In this document: one piece after another, positions 34,488-45,369 of the stretch
How positions within the stretch are numbered: the first letter of the stretch is position 1
Layout of the letters: every line of letters begins with the position of its first letter
Source of the DNA: Pseudomonadota bacterium
GTDB lineage: Bacteria; Myxococcota_A; Polyangia; Polyangiales; JAKSBK01
NCBI GenBank assembly: GCA_022361155.1
Contig: JAKSBK010000095.1
Coordinates: forward strand, 27,462 to 91,461
DNA length: 64,000 nucleotides
Reading direction: 5' to 3'
The notes under the pieces: model-generated
The model's database searches: none
Told to the model about the DNA's origin: nothing
Seen by the model: the letters and a program-made list of their open reading frames with translations, nothing else
Made by a program: the position numbers and the translations under genes

Positions 34488-34709
34488 GCTTGCTAGGACC
34501 CGTCCAACAATGACCTTTCGGGATCGACGACGGCCGGTGGTCAGGGCCGGCGAAAACGGGAAAGTCATGTTGGGACGGGCCTGCAGTTGGCACATGTAGC
34601 CACGCGGACCGGCTCGGTCAAGCAGTGGGTTGCCGTGGCGAACGGACTACCTGTTCAAGACTGCGCGCTATCCGCCGAATTGGGTCGACGCTGCGGCGAG
34701 GCTTGGACT

Positions 34710-35081
34710 ATGGTCCGCTTCGTCATGTTCCAACAAGTGCTCAAAGAATGCGTGACAAAGACCGAAGGGGCGATAGCCGGCGTCCTGATGGGCTTCGACG
34801 GCATCGCGGTGGACCAGTACGTCGGGGCCGAAGAGGAGGTGGGCGTCGAGAGCGTGGGCATGGAATACAGCGTGGTGCTGTCGCAGATCAAGCAGGCCGC
34901 CCAAATGCTGGGCATCGGTCCAGCTCGTGAGGTCGCCATCAAGGCGGAGCACATGACCGCCGTGGTACGCATGCTCAGCGACGAGTATTTCGTGGCATTG
35001 GCACTCAAGCCCGAGGGCAACGTGGGCAAGGCCCGCTATCTGCTGCGCGTGGGTGCACCCAGACTCGCGGCGGGGCTGTAG
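34710..35081 (+). CDS. Roadblock/LC7 (MglB-like) domain protein
   Basis: 123 aa with GAIAGVLMGFDGIAVDQY...TAVVRMLSDEYFVALALKPEGNVGKARY, typical of Roadblock/LC7. Confidence 0.8.
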   Translation: MVRFVMFQQVLKECVTKTEGAIAGVLMGFDGIAVDQYVGAEEEVGVESVGMEYSVVLSQIKQAAQMLGIGPAREVAIKAEHMTAVVRMLSDEYFVALALKPEGNVGKARYLLRVGAPRLAAGL

Positions 35082-35096
35082 GTGTGTCCCTAGCTC

Positions 35097-35573
35097 ATGG
35101 CCGCGCTCGAGCCAACCCTGCGCGTGCTGGTGCTGCATGGACCGAACCTGAACCTGTTGGGCACGCGCGAGCCCGAGCACTACGGCAACCGCTCGCTGGC
35201 GGAGATTGACGGAAGGCTCGCCGAGCTGGGCGCTGCCCTCGGCTGCCACGTCGACTGCCGCCAGAGCAACCACGAGGGTCAACTGATCGACTGGATTCAG
35301 CAGGCCCGCGGCCAGCATAGCGGACTGGTTATCAATCCAGGTGGCTTCACCCATACCTCGGTGGCCCTGCGGGATGCGATCAGCGCTTGCGGCCTGCCGA
35401 GCGTGGAGGTGCACATCTCGAATACGCAGCGCCGGGAGCGGTTCCGTCAGCGCTCGCTTACCGCTCCGGTTTGCGTGGGCAGCGTCGTCGGTTTCGGACC
35501 CGGCGCCTACAGCCTTGGCTTGCGGGGCTTGATCGACTATCTGAAGGCACTCCCAGCGGGCTCCTCCCCGTAG
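35097..35573 (+). CDS. aroQ: type II 3-dehydroquinate dehydratase
   Basis: VLVLHGPNLNLLGTREPEHYG, QSNHEG, INPGGFTHTSVALRDA, and VEVHISN. Confidence 0.95.
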   Translation: MAALEPTLRVLVLHGPNLNLLGTREPEHYGNRSLAEIDGRLAELGAALGCHVDCRQSNHEGQLIDWIQQARGQHSGLVINPGGFTHTSVALRDAISACGLPSVEVHISNTQRRERFRQRSLTAPVCVGSVVGFGPGAYSLGLRGLIDYLKALPAGSSP

Positions 35574-35612
35574 CACGCGGGGGCGAGCCCTCCCGTCCGC
35601 GCAGGCCGCACC

Positions 35613-36086
35613 ATGGATATCGATCTCAAGCAGCTTCGCGAGCTCATGCGAGCGATCAAGGAATTCGGGCTGTCGCAGCTCGTCGTCGAAAAGGGCGACG
35701 AACGGATCGAACTGCACCGCGTCGCCAAGGTCTCGAGCGAGGCGCCCGCCTTGGCGGGCCCGGCGACCCAGTCGGAGTTGCCGCCCTCGATGCGGGCCGA
35801 GAGTACGCCGGCGGTGGTTGCGCCCAAGGTGACCGAAGACCCCAACACGGCCTACGTCACGTCGCCGTTCGTGGGCACCTTCTACCGTGCTCCGTCTCCG
35901 GGCGAAAAACCCTACGTCGAAGTCAACCAGCACCTGGCACCCGGACAAGTGCTCTGCATCGTGGAAGCGATGAAGCTAATGAACGAAATCGAGGCGGAGT
36001 ACGAATGCACCGTACTCGAGATCCTGATTCAAGACGCGCAGCCCGTGGAATATGGTGAGCGCCTGTTCAAGGTTCAGAAAGTATAG
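35613..36086 (+). CDS. accB: acetyl-CoA carboxylase biotin carboxyl carrier protein
   Basis: Biotinyl-lysine motif CIVEAMKLMNEIEAE and a Pro/Ala linker. Confidence 0.95.
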   Translation: MDIDLKQLRELMRAIKEFGLSQLVVEKGDERIELHRVAKVSSEAPALAGPATQSELPPSMRAESTPAVVAPKVTEDPNTAYVTSPFVGTFYRAPSPGEKPYVEVNQHLAPGQVLCIVEAMKLMNEIEAEYECTVLEILIQDAQPVEYGERLFKVQKV

Positions 36087-36146
36087 ACCCCGCGGGCCCT
36101 TAGCAGGCGCCCGGCTTGGCGGGCGCCCCCGGACCGGCCGCAGCCC

Positions 36147-37499
<1,353 letters not shown>

Positions 37500-37556
37500 C
37501 CGCGTAGTTGGGAGGACCGTAGACTTCGGGGTCGGTGGCCGACGAGGCACCGTTCT

Positions 37557-40478
37557 GTGAGTATCGACCGCTCCAAAGTCCTTGCCGCCGCTCAGAAACA
37601 TCTGCAACGCGGCAATTACGACCGGGCCCTTGAGGAGTACCAGCGCCTGGTGCGCGCCGACCCCAACGACGTCCGCACCCTCCTCAAGATCGGCGACTTG
37701 CGAGCGCGGCAGGGGAACGGCGCCCAGGCCATCGAAGCCTACGACATGGTCGCGAAGCACTACGCCGAACAGGGCTTCTTCCTGAAAGCGGTCGCAGTCT
37801 ACAAGCAGATCCTCAAGCTGGAGCCACAACGGCTCGAGGCGCGCACGAAGCTCGCCGAGATGTACGAGATGCTCTCTCTCGTCAGCGACGCGCTCAACAC
37901 CTACGAGCAAGTCGCAAACAGCTACGCGGAGCGCGGTGACACGGCGTCCGCCATCACTTCGCTCCGCCGCATGGTCGACCTGGATCCGGAAAACGTGGCG
38001 TCGCAGATCAAGCTGGCCGAGGCTCTATCCAAGGCCAAGCTGAACCAGGAAGCCGTGGCAGCGTTTCGGGTGGCCGCCGGTCTGTTGCGACAGCAAGACC
38101 GAGAGGATGACTACGTCAAAGTCGCGGAGCGGCTGCTATTTCACCGGCCGGACGAGGCTCCTCTGGCTCAAGAGCTGGCCCGTGTGTACTTGAACCGCGG
38201 CGAGGCCAAACATGCGCTCGCCAAGCTGCAACCTTGCTTCCGGGCCGATCCCAGAGATTGCGACACGCTCGAATTGCTCGCGCAGGCCTTTCGTGCTTTG
38301 GGTCAGGTCCAAAAGGCTGTCGCCGTTTACCGTGAGATCGCCAAGTTACACCACGAATCGGGGCGGTTGACGGAACGGGCGGCCGCGCTCGAACGTATCG
38401 TCGAGATCGATCCCGGTGATGTGGAAGCGCGAACCACCTTGGCGAGCATGCGGCCGGCCAACGCGCTCGTGACGAGCGGCGCCCACCGTGTTCCGAGTGC
38501 TGGCGAGGGGGAGGAAGAGATCGTCGAGATCGACGACGACGCCCTCGAGCTCCTGGAGAGCGAGGCGCCACCTTCGGGCGCCCCGCGACCGCTGTCGCTT
38601 CCCCCGACCGCCGCGGCCCCGCTGGCCGCGTCGCTCCGGCCCCACGCTGCCGCCCTTTCCGGGACGAATGCCCCACCCGTCGGGCCGGGTGAGGGGCAGA
38701 TCGAGAGGCTCCTCGAAGAGTGCGAGGTCTTTACCCGGTACGCACTCCACGACAAGGTAATCAGCCGCCTCGAAAGCATCCTCGTGCTCGATCCCTCGCA
38801 CGTGACCGCCCACGAAAAGCTCAAGGAAACGTTCCTCAGCATCGGCGACACACGAAGAGCCGCCGCACAGGCGGCACGGCTCGCCGACGTGGTGAGAGGC
38901 GACGACCCGGAAGCGTCCGACAGGTACTTGGCGGAGGCACGCGAGCTGGCTCCCGATGCCCTGCAAGAGCCGGTAGAGCAAGCAGGGCCGCGGACTGCCG
39001 CTCCCGAAGCGCCGGACTCGGCCTCGGACGAAGACGACAGCGTCATCTTCATTGATGAGGAGCAGCGGCTCAGCCGGATCACCAAAGGGGTCGAGGCGGG
39101 GACCGGCAGCTCGCAGCGCTCCTCGACCGCCGGCACGGGCTCGGGCGAGCTCCGTCCCACCAATCCTCTGCCAGCATCGGATCCGATGCTGCAGGACCAG
39201 GTTGCACGGGAGGCCGAGGCGCTGGCAGAGGCCTCGCCGCAAGAGCTGGCCGCGTCGTCCCCGCTTCGGGTCGTTTCTGGGGCGGCGGAAGAAGGCGACG
39301 GGGGCAGGATTCAGGCAAGTGAGCCGCCCGCGTCCGAGTCGGCCTCTAGCGCGCGCCAAGCTTCGCACGCGTCGAGCGATGTCTCGGACGCCGGCGCGGC
39401 CGAGCTTGCCCAAGAGATCGAGGAGACTCTCGAGGAGGCCGACTTCTACGTTGCACAGGGATGGTTGTCCGAAGCTCGAAGCCTGTTGCTCGACGCCCTC
39501 GGGGAGCATCCAGGCGCCCACGTCATCGAGGACAAGCTGAGGGAGCTCGGAGGCAACGCTGCCGCTCAGCCGCTGGACGGGGCAATGGACAACGACGCTC
39601 CAGGGTCTGTGGTCGCCGACGATCAACGGGCCGACGAGCGAGCGTCGTCCCCTGAGCCGGGCAACGACGACAGCAGCGGCGAACGAGCCACCCAGCTGGC
39701 GGTCACCACGATCCCAGGGCCGGCGATCGCCGGCGAGGACGAACAGGCCACCACGGACACCAGCGCGAGCCTGCCCGAGGTGGAAACGACCCTCACCAGC
39801 GATGACCTCATCGAGATCGACGAGGACGACAGCGCTGTGCTCGAAGCGGTCAGCCTCGCGCCCCCCGCCTCCAGCGGCGAGCGGTCTACGAGCCCAGCCG
39901 CCGATGAGCGTTCGCCAACCGAGTCGGAGGCCCCGACGGCAGCCCAAACGAAAGAGGCCCTGGATGAGCCCCCGGCATCCGAGCCGGCCATGGAAGAGGT
40001 CCTCAGCCAATTCAAAGAAGGCGTTCGAAGAGAGGTCGGCCAGGGCGATTCGCAGACGCACTACGATCTCGGAATTGCTTACATGGAAATGGGATTGCAT
40101 GACGACGCGATTCAGGAATTCGAGCTGTGTCTCGACAGCGACGAGCACCGCTGCATAGCCGAGACGATGATAGGCCTCAGCAACGTCGCCAAGGGCGACT
40201 TTGCCAATGCCGTTCACCACTTCACCGAGGGGCTCAGGGCTCCGCGCCGCGATCACGCAAACGAGCTCGCGTTGTACTTCGAGCTCGGCAACGCTCATGA
40301 GCTGCTGGGCAACGCCGCCCTTGCCCTCGACAATTACAGGCACGCCCATCGACTCGATCCCGGGTTCCGTGATGTCAAGACACGCCTCGAACGCCTGACC
40401 AGCCGGCTCGAGGCGACAGCCGAGGAAGCCGACGAGGTCGACCGCCTCTTCGACAACATCCTGATCAAAGGTGACTAG
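37557..40478 (+). CDS. TPR-repeat protein with long acidic low-complexity central region
   Basis: N-terminal TPRs (GNYDRALEEYQRLVRADPND...), a roughly 480-aa Asp/Glu/Ala/Ser/Pro-rich middle, and C-terminal TPRs (HYDLGIAYMEMGLHDDAIQEF). GTG start. Confidence 0.85.
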   Translation: MSIDRSKVLAAAQKHLQRGNYDRALEEYQRLVRADPNDVRTLLKIGDLRARQGNGAQAIEAYDMVAKHYAEQGFFLKAVAVYKQILKLEPQRLEARTKLAEMYEMLSLVSDALNTYEQVANSYAERGDTASAITSLRRMVDLDPENVASQIKLAEALSKAKLNQEAVAAFRVAAGLLRQQDREDDYVKVAERLLFHRPDEAPLAQELARVYLNRGEAKHALAKLQPCFRADPRDCDTLELLAQAFRALGQVQKAVAVYREIAKLHHESGRLTERAAALERIVEIDPGDVEARTTLASMRPANALVTSGAHRVPSAGEGEEEIVEIDDDALELLESEAPPSGAPRPLSLPPTAAAPLAASLRPHAAALSGTNAPPVGPGEGQIERLLEECEVFTRYALHDKVISRLESILVLDPSHVTAHEKLKETFLSIGDTRRAAAQAARLADVVRGDDPEASDRYLAEARELAPDALQEPVEQAGPRTAAPEAPDSASDEDDSVIFIDEEQRLSRITKGVEAGTGSSQRSSTAGTGSGELRPTNPLPASDPMLQDQVAREAEALAEASPQELAASSPLRVVSGAAEEGDGGRIQASEPPASESASSARQASHASSDVSDAGAAELAQEIEETLEEADFYVAQGWLSEARSLLLDALGEHPGAHVIEDKLRELGGNAAAQPLDGAMDNDAPGSVVADDQRADERASSPEPGNDDSSGERATQLAVTTIPGPAIAGEDEQATTDTSASLPEVETTLTSDDLIEIDEDDSAVLEAVSLAPPASSGERSTSPAADERSPTESEAPTAAQTKEALDEPPASEPAMEEVLSQFKEGVRREVGQGDSQTHYDLGIAYMEMGLHDDAIQEFELCLDSDEHRCIAETMIGLSNVAKGDFANAVHHFTEGLRAPRRDHANELALYFELGNAHELLGNAALALDNYRHAHRLDPGFRDVKTRLERLTSRLEATAEEADEVDRLFDNILIKGD

Positions 40479-40505
40479 TACTGGGACTAGGACTAGGACC
40501 TGCCC

Positions 40506-41354
40506 TTGAGAATCGAAGCGTCCTTTCTAGAAATCGCCTCGGCGTATCGGTTCGTGTTCCTTGACGCTTACGGCGTGCTCAAGAACTCCACGGGCATGAT
40601 CCAGGGCGCCGCGGAGACCCTGCTCAAACTGGGGGAACAGGGTAGCGACTGCTACGTGATTACAAACGACGCGTCCCGCTCTCCAGGCCAAATGGCGCGC
40701 AGCTACTGCCACCCGCGCTACGGCGAGCTGGTCCCCGTCGAGCACATCATCTCCTCGGGTATGCTGGCCAGTGACTTTCTTGCCTCCAAGGTCCGCCCCG
40801 GTCGTGTAGCCTACGTCGGCAAGCCGTCGTCCGCCTACTACATCGAGTCCGCGGGACACACGCCGCTGCCGGTCGCTCAGTGCGCCGACGACCACGCCAT
40901 AGATGCTCTCGTGCTGCTCGATGACGAAGGTTTCGACTGGTTTTCAGATATCAACCGCTGCGTCAACCTACTGCGGCGTCAGAATGTACCCGTCGTCGTG
41001 GCCAACACCGACCTGTCCTATCCGGCCAGCGAAACCGATGTCTCGATCGCAGTAGGAAGCCTGGCCAATATGATCGAAGGAATCATCCAGAAAACCTTCA
41101 TTCGTTTTGGCAAGCCGGACACTCAGATATTTGATTTCGCATACGACCTAGTGCTGACTCGCGATCCGCTCACAAGCAAGAAGCAAGTCTTGATGGTCGG
41201 TGACACACTACATACAGATATCCTGGGCGGAAACAAATTTGGAATAGACACGCTGCTGGTTCTCTCGGGAAATACACAGGAACGCGATGCCGAGGTTCGA
41301 ATCCACGCTACGGGTATCCTGCCAAACTTCGTTTGCGCATCGATCGCGACCTGA
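40506..41354 (+). CDS. HAD-superfamily subfamily IIA hydrolase (NagD-like phosphatase)
   Basis: Motif I FVFLDAYGVL, motif II VITNDAS, and motif IV MVGDTLHTDILGG. TTG start. GC content is visibly lower than the flanks. Confidence 0.8.
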   Translation: MRIEASFLEIASAYRFVFLDAYGVLKNSTGMIQGAAETLLKLGEQGSDCYVITNDASRSPGQMARSYCHPRYGELVPVEHIISSGMLASDFLASKVRPGRVAYVGKPSSAYYIESAGHTPLPVAQCADDHAIDALVLLDDEGFDWFSDINRCVNLLRRQNVPVVVANTDLSYPASETDVSIAVGSLANMIEGIIQKTFIRFGKPDTQIFDFAYDLVLTRDPLTSKKQVLMVGDTLHTDILGGNKFGIDTLLVLSGNTQERDAEVRIHATGILPNFVCASIAT

Positions 41355-41363
41355 GGTCCCGTC

Positions 41364-42419
41364 CTAAGACACGCACCGGCGCAGCATCCGAAGATCCATG
41401 GCGTCCAGCGCCGGCAAGTGCAGCTTGACCACTTTTTTGCGCAACCTGCGGCAAATTCGGGGGCGGAAGAAATGCTCTCCATCCTTCACAACATAGTTGA
41501 GCACGAAGAAACGATAAAGCTCTGGCAAGAGCAGAAGCTCTTCTGGAGCCAAAGGGCGCACCCGAGAATAGGTTCTCAGGAATAGGCAAAAGCGTGGATC
41601 CAGCAACGTGTTGGGAGCGTAGGAGAATTCGCTCCGATCGCCCATCGAGCTCACGACGCGACTCGCGAAGTAGAAATCAAGAAGCGGCGAGCCCAAGCGG
41701 AACCAATCGTAGTCCCACCGGCTGAAGAAACGGAAGTGACCCGATTGGAAGATCACGGAAAAATTGCCCGTGTTCCAGTCAATCAGCACAGGAATCTTCA
41801 GAGTCTGATGGTATTCGAGGCGCTCCAGATTCGACGACAGCACGTCGATCTGGCCTCGGAGGAAATCGGCTTCCACGACCGAAAGCGGAAACTCGAAGAC
41901 CCAGCGCTCGTTCGAGAGACGGTGAGCGAGATCCGCCAGATCCGACTCGATGCTTTTGGCTGTCCCCGGAACCTGCTCGCGTACTTCCCAGCTCTGGACG
42001 TGAAACCGTGCCAACGCCTCGGCGAGGTCCACGATCTGGGACCCGGACAGGATCCTGGGCAAGCGGTCCTTGACCACGACGTCCACGTAAAAGACGACCC
42101 AATGACGACCCTCGTTGTACACGTACACCTTGTCGTCCTTGCAGACCGCCCGCGCCAAGAAACTTGCGTAAGGCCCATGCGACAGCGCCTCGGTCCAGCC
42201 TCGGATACTCTCGTGGTCGTCGTAGAAATCGCGAAAGCGACCGTAGGAGGAGACCTTCGTCACCAACGTGGTCCCGTCGTCGAGCGTTACTCGAAACACC
42301 TGGTTCGTGGATACGCTGGTGCTTACCTCGACGGCATCGACGAGGCACCGGCCGTCGGCGAGCTCGAGCCAAGCCCTCTGCACGATGCCGGGAGGGGGCC
42401 ATGATGGGCGAGATGGCAT
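41364..42419 (-). CDS. aminoglycoside-phosphotransferase (APH/CotS/choline-kinase) fold kinase
   Basis: Catalytic-loop equivalent VLIDWNTGNFSV and Mg-binding region SRWDYDWFRLGSPLLDF. Start taken at ATG 42419. Lower GC than the flanks. Confidence 0.75.
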   Translation of the reverse strand: MPSRPSWPPPGIVQRAWLELADGRCLVDAVEVSTSVSTNQVFRVTLDDGTTLVTKVSSYGRFRDFYDDHESIRGWTEALSHGPYASFLARAVCKDDKVYVYNEGRHWVVFYVDVVVKDRLPRILSGSQIVDLAEALARFHVQSWEVREQVPGTAKSIESDLADLAHRLSNERWVFEFPLSVVEADFLRGQIDVLSSNLERLEYHQTLKIPVLIDWNTGNFSVIFQSGHFRFFSRWDYDWFRLGSPLLDFYFASRVVSSMGDRSEFSYAPNTLLDPRFCLFLRTYSRVRPLAPEELLLLPELYRFFVLNYVVKDGEHFFRPRICRRLRKKVVKLHLPALDAMDLRMLRRCVS

Positions 42420-42543
42420 GCACCGGTAGTGTAGCCGGCTGGCCCCGCCATTGCAGGACCGGCTGGTAGGCGGGACGTGCCGGCCGCCAGCTCGTCGCCG
42501 GGGGGTCTTGCGTCGCAATCATGCGACCGCTAGTACCCGACAC

Positions 42544-43428
42544 GTGCGCTGGGATGTCGACCCGATCATTGTTGAGCTCGGTCCGCTGGAGCTGCGCTGG
42601 TATGGACTCTTCTTCGCCTTTGGGCTGCTGTTGGCGGCCCGAGCGTATCCGCGCATCTTCGCCCGCCGGGGGTTGGCCGAGGAACACGCGCAGCGGCTCA
42701 CCCTGTGGCTGCCGGTCGGAATGATCCTCGGGGCGCACCTCGTTCACCTCATCTTCTATGAGCCACGCTCGTTCATCGAGCAGCCGCAACGCATCATCGA
42801 GATCGGAAAGGGCCTCTCGAGCCACGGCGGCGCGCTGGGCGCTGTTGTCGCACTACTTATCTACGTTCGGCGCCGTGGCCTCGATCTGCATCGGTACCTC
42901 GACGCTTCGCTCATCGGAGCCATCTGGATCTTTCCATGGGTTCGGATTGGCAACTTCTTCAACTCCGAGATCTACGGAAAACCCACGGACCTACCCTGGG
43001 GGGTTGTCTTTGCGCTCCGGCAGCCGGAAGCTCGTCACCCAACTCAGCTCTACGAGGCCTTGGGGGGGTTTGCCCTGTTGTGGTTCGCCTACTGGCTCGA
43101 CCGCAACTACCGAGCCCGACTGCGCGACGGCGCGACTTTTTATCTGCTGACCGGCACCTACTTCGTTGGCCGCTTTCTTGTCGAGTACTTGAAGGCCTAT
43201 CAAGTACTGGACCCCGGCCTTCCACTAACCATGGGCCAATGCCTGAGTTTACCGGTGGTCGCTCTGTCAGCGTACATGCTGCTAGCTTCCAAGGATCACA
43301 ACATCAGGACAGCCAGACCCAAAGAGTCGCGCGACACGACCCTGGAGCTGAAGTCAGGACGAAACGGCAAGGGCAGGAAGAAACGCAAGGGCGGCGGCAA
43401 GAACCGGAGACGCCTGAAATCTGCCTAG
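42544..43428 (+). CDS. lgt: prolipoprotein diacylglyceryl transferase
   Basis: LRWYGLFFAFGLL, GLSSHGGALG, NFFNSEIYGKPTDLPWGVVF, HPTQLYEA, and FYLLTGTYFVGRFLVEY. GTG 42544 start. Lys/Arg-rich C-terminal tail. Confidence 0.92.
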   Translation: MRWDVDPIIVELGPLELRWYGLFFAFGLLLAARAYPRIFARRGLAEEHAQRLTLWLPVGMILGAHLVHLIFYEPRSFIEQPQRIIEIGKGLSSHGGALGAVVALLIYVRRRGLDLHRYLDASLIGAIWIFPWVRIGNFFNSEIYGKPTDLPWGVVFALRQPEARHPTQLYEALGGFALLWFAYWLDRNYRARLRDGATFYLLTGTYFVGRFLVEYLKAYQVLDPGLPLTMGQCLSLPVVALSAYMLLASKDHNIRTARPKESRDTTLELKSGRNGKGRKKRKGGGKNRRRLKSA

Positions 43429-43430
43429 TC

Positions 43431-43459
43431 AGACAGGCTTGACCGAGCCAAGCCTGTCT
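43431..43459. terminator. bidirectional hairpin between convergent lgt and SDR genes
   Basis: Perfect 11-bp stem AGACAGGCTTG / CAAGCCTGTCT with a 7-nt loop, lying between the two stop codons. Confidence 0.55.
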
Positions 43460-44297
43460 AGTCGTTGCGCTGCTCCCGGACGCGCTGCAACGCCCTGCGA
43501 AACTGGGAAGCAAGCTGCGAACCGAGAAAAGCGCGTGGCAGCAGCGGCGCGAGGGCAAGCTGCAAGCGGTTGAACCTGCGCGGCACGTACATGTAACGGC
43601 GCGCGGCAAAGGCCTCGACAGCCTCGCGAGCACAGGCGTCGGCAGCCTGAACCATGATGCTCTTTGGGCTCCACGTGTGGACCGTTCCGGATAGATGTAT
43701 CATCTCGGTGTCGATCGCAGCGGGCACAAAAGTCGTCACCGATACGTCTTTGTTGTGCAGCTCGTGGTGCAGACCTCGTCCCAGCGTCGTGATGAAGGCC
43801 TTGGTGCTGGAGTAAGCCGTCTGGTAGGGCACCGGTATGAGAGCAGTGAGGCTCGTGACGAGCATCAGCCCTCCGCCGCTGCCGTTCTCGATCAGATGGG
43901 GCACGGCGAGATGCACGAGCCGCGCAACGCTGGTCACATTGGTCGCCATGAGTTTTTCGAAGGCGGACCAGTCCAGCTCGAGATGCTCGCCGAAGTGGGT
44001 TACGCCCGCGTTGAGAATGGCCCCGTAGAGCACCCGACCCTGCACTGCCTGCCGAAACAGGCGGTCGGGCTCTCCGTTCCGTGAAAGGTCGGCAGGGACG
44101 ATTTCTACCTGTACACCCGCACCTTTCGTAAGCTCCCCACGCAAGGCGTCCAGCCGATCCCTGCGGCGTGCCGTGAGTACCAAGTTGGCACCATGTCGAA
44201 GCGCGAGCTCGCGAGCGATCTCCCGGCCCAGCCCGGACGAGGCGCCGGTCACGAGAACCCACCGCGACCGAAATTCCATTCTCCCCATAATTGGCAT
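43458..44297 (-). CDS. short-chain dehydrogenase/reductase (SDR)
   Basis: WVLVTGASSGLGREIA (TGxxxGxG), NAG, and YSSTKAF (YxxxK). Candidate starts at 44297, 44288 or 44279. Confidence 0.88.
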   Translation of the reverse strand: MPIMGRMEFRSRWVLVTGASSGLGREIARELALRHGANLVLTARRRDRLDALRGELTKGAGVQVEIVPADLSRNGEPDRLFRQAVQGRVLYGAILNAGVTHFGEHLELDWSAFEKLMATNVTSVARLVHLAVPHLIENGSGGGLMLVTSLTALIPVPYQTAYSSTKAFITTLGRGLHHELHNKDVSVTTFVPAAIDTEMIHLSGTVHTWSPKSIMVQAADACAREAVEAFAARRYMYVPRRFNRLQLALAPLLPRAFLGSQLASQFRRALQRVREQRND

Positions 44298-44597
44298 CCA
44301 AGCGCCCCTCCTGTTTGCGGTCTCACCGACTGCCCGCCCCGCCACAGGTCCACGTTCGCGCCCATCGCCTGCCGTCGCTGGGCACCTGGCTGTGTGACGC
44401 AAGCCCTCGCAAAGTCAAGCCAACGCCACAGCTGCTGCCAGCGCCGGCGACGCTGTACCCCAAGGGTAGCCTGAACGTTCGGATCGGTTGACCGAGAACA
44501 CGCTCCCCGGTACTCACTGGTTTGCACCTGGTTCCCTTCCACAAACCGCCGATCGCACGACCCGGGCGCCGCTGGAACCCGACACCGGGCCGTTTCT

Positions 44598-45317
44598 TTG
44601 ACTCGATCGGTGCTTGGAGGCATCTTCAGAAAGGAGCGCATGCAGGCCATCGCACAAGCCCGCGAGCAAGCTGATCCCACGCCGGACTCCGGACCGCTGT
44701 CGGTAGTCTTCGCCGACGCGGCGGCTATCAAAAAGCTCGCGACACTCGGTGAAGGGGAGCTCTCGCTCGTACCCCCGTTCCATATCTCCGACGAGGACTC
44801 GTACCTCATAGTCCCCGACGACATCGGCATGGAAATCGTGGATATCCTGCGTGATGCGGATGGCGAGCTGCTCCACGAGACTTTGAGGGACAGCCTGGTC
44901 GCAGTAGGCAATATCGAGCGCCGTGGGCGAGGACAGCTCAAGCTCGATGTGGAGTCTTGCCACGTACCGCAGGTCTTACTACGTGGGGGCCTGCCCTACA
45001 TGCGCAGCGTGCTCGTATCGCGCGCGGACGATCCCGTGCGTACGCTCAACACGCTGGACCACACCCAGTGCACGATGTTGAGCGCACTCGTCGACGAGGA
45101 AGGACTCGATAGGGTCCTGCGACGCAGCGAGTACATCGGCGTCTCATGGAAGGCACCGGCGTGCGCGTCCGAACCGCTTCAGCACCTCGACCCCACGTAC
45201 GTCTGGTCCAGGCGACTAAACGCCTCGAGCATCGGAATAGAGCTCGCCTTGTTCCAGGAATACGACGAGCTGATCGCCTTGTTGCGTCCCGCCAAGCTGC
45301 TGCTCGAGTCGGGCTAG
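44598..45317 (+). CDS. hypothetical protein
   Basis: 239-codon ORF with coding-like composition and no family I recognise. Possible start at the Met at 44640. It lies directly upstream of the sigma-factor gene. Confidence 0.5.
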   Translation: MTRSVLGGIFRKERMQAIAQAREQADPTPDSGPLSVVFADAAAIKKLATLGEGELSLVPPFHISDEDSYLIVPDDIGMEIVDILRDADGELLHETLRDSLVAVGNIERRGRGQLKLDVESCHVPQVLLRGGLPYMRSVLVSRADDPVRTLNTLDHTQCTMLSALVDEEGLDRVLRRSEYIGVSWKAPACASEPLQHLDPTYVWSRRLNASSIGIELALFQEYDELIALLRPAKLLLESG

Positions 45318-45369
45318 CGGTTTGCGCACGGCCCCAGCTTGTGGGAGAACGCCTGCGGGCCTGGGAGCA

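Noticed and set aside
34668-35948. 426-aa minus-strand ORF spanning the Roadblock, aroQ and accB genes
   Set aside because: It is antisense to three well-supported housekeeping genes.
36080-36100. Possible additional copies of the intergenic repeat core: ccgcgggccctt in the accB-accC spacer, and tcttcgcgggcccttggcg at 49934-49952
   Set aside because: Only the 12-19-nt GC-rich core matches. The second lies inside the PP2C coding sequence (antisense, encoding PRARE). Flanking blocks of the repeat are absent, so these may be chance or decayed fragments. They are not counted as family members.
38346-40349. 667-aa minus-strand ORF
   Set aside because: It is entirely antisense to the TPR protein gene. 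It is Arg/Gly/Leu-rich low complexity with no domain signatures.
40474-42537. CTAGTAC heptamers at both edges of the low-GC islet as target-site duplications
   Set aside because: A 7-mer of this composition is expected about once or twice per strand by chance in 64 kb, so this is not significant.
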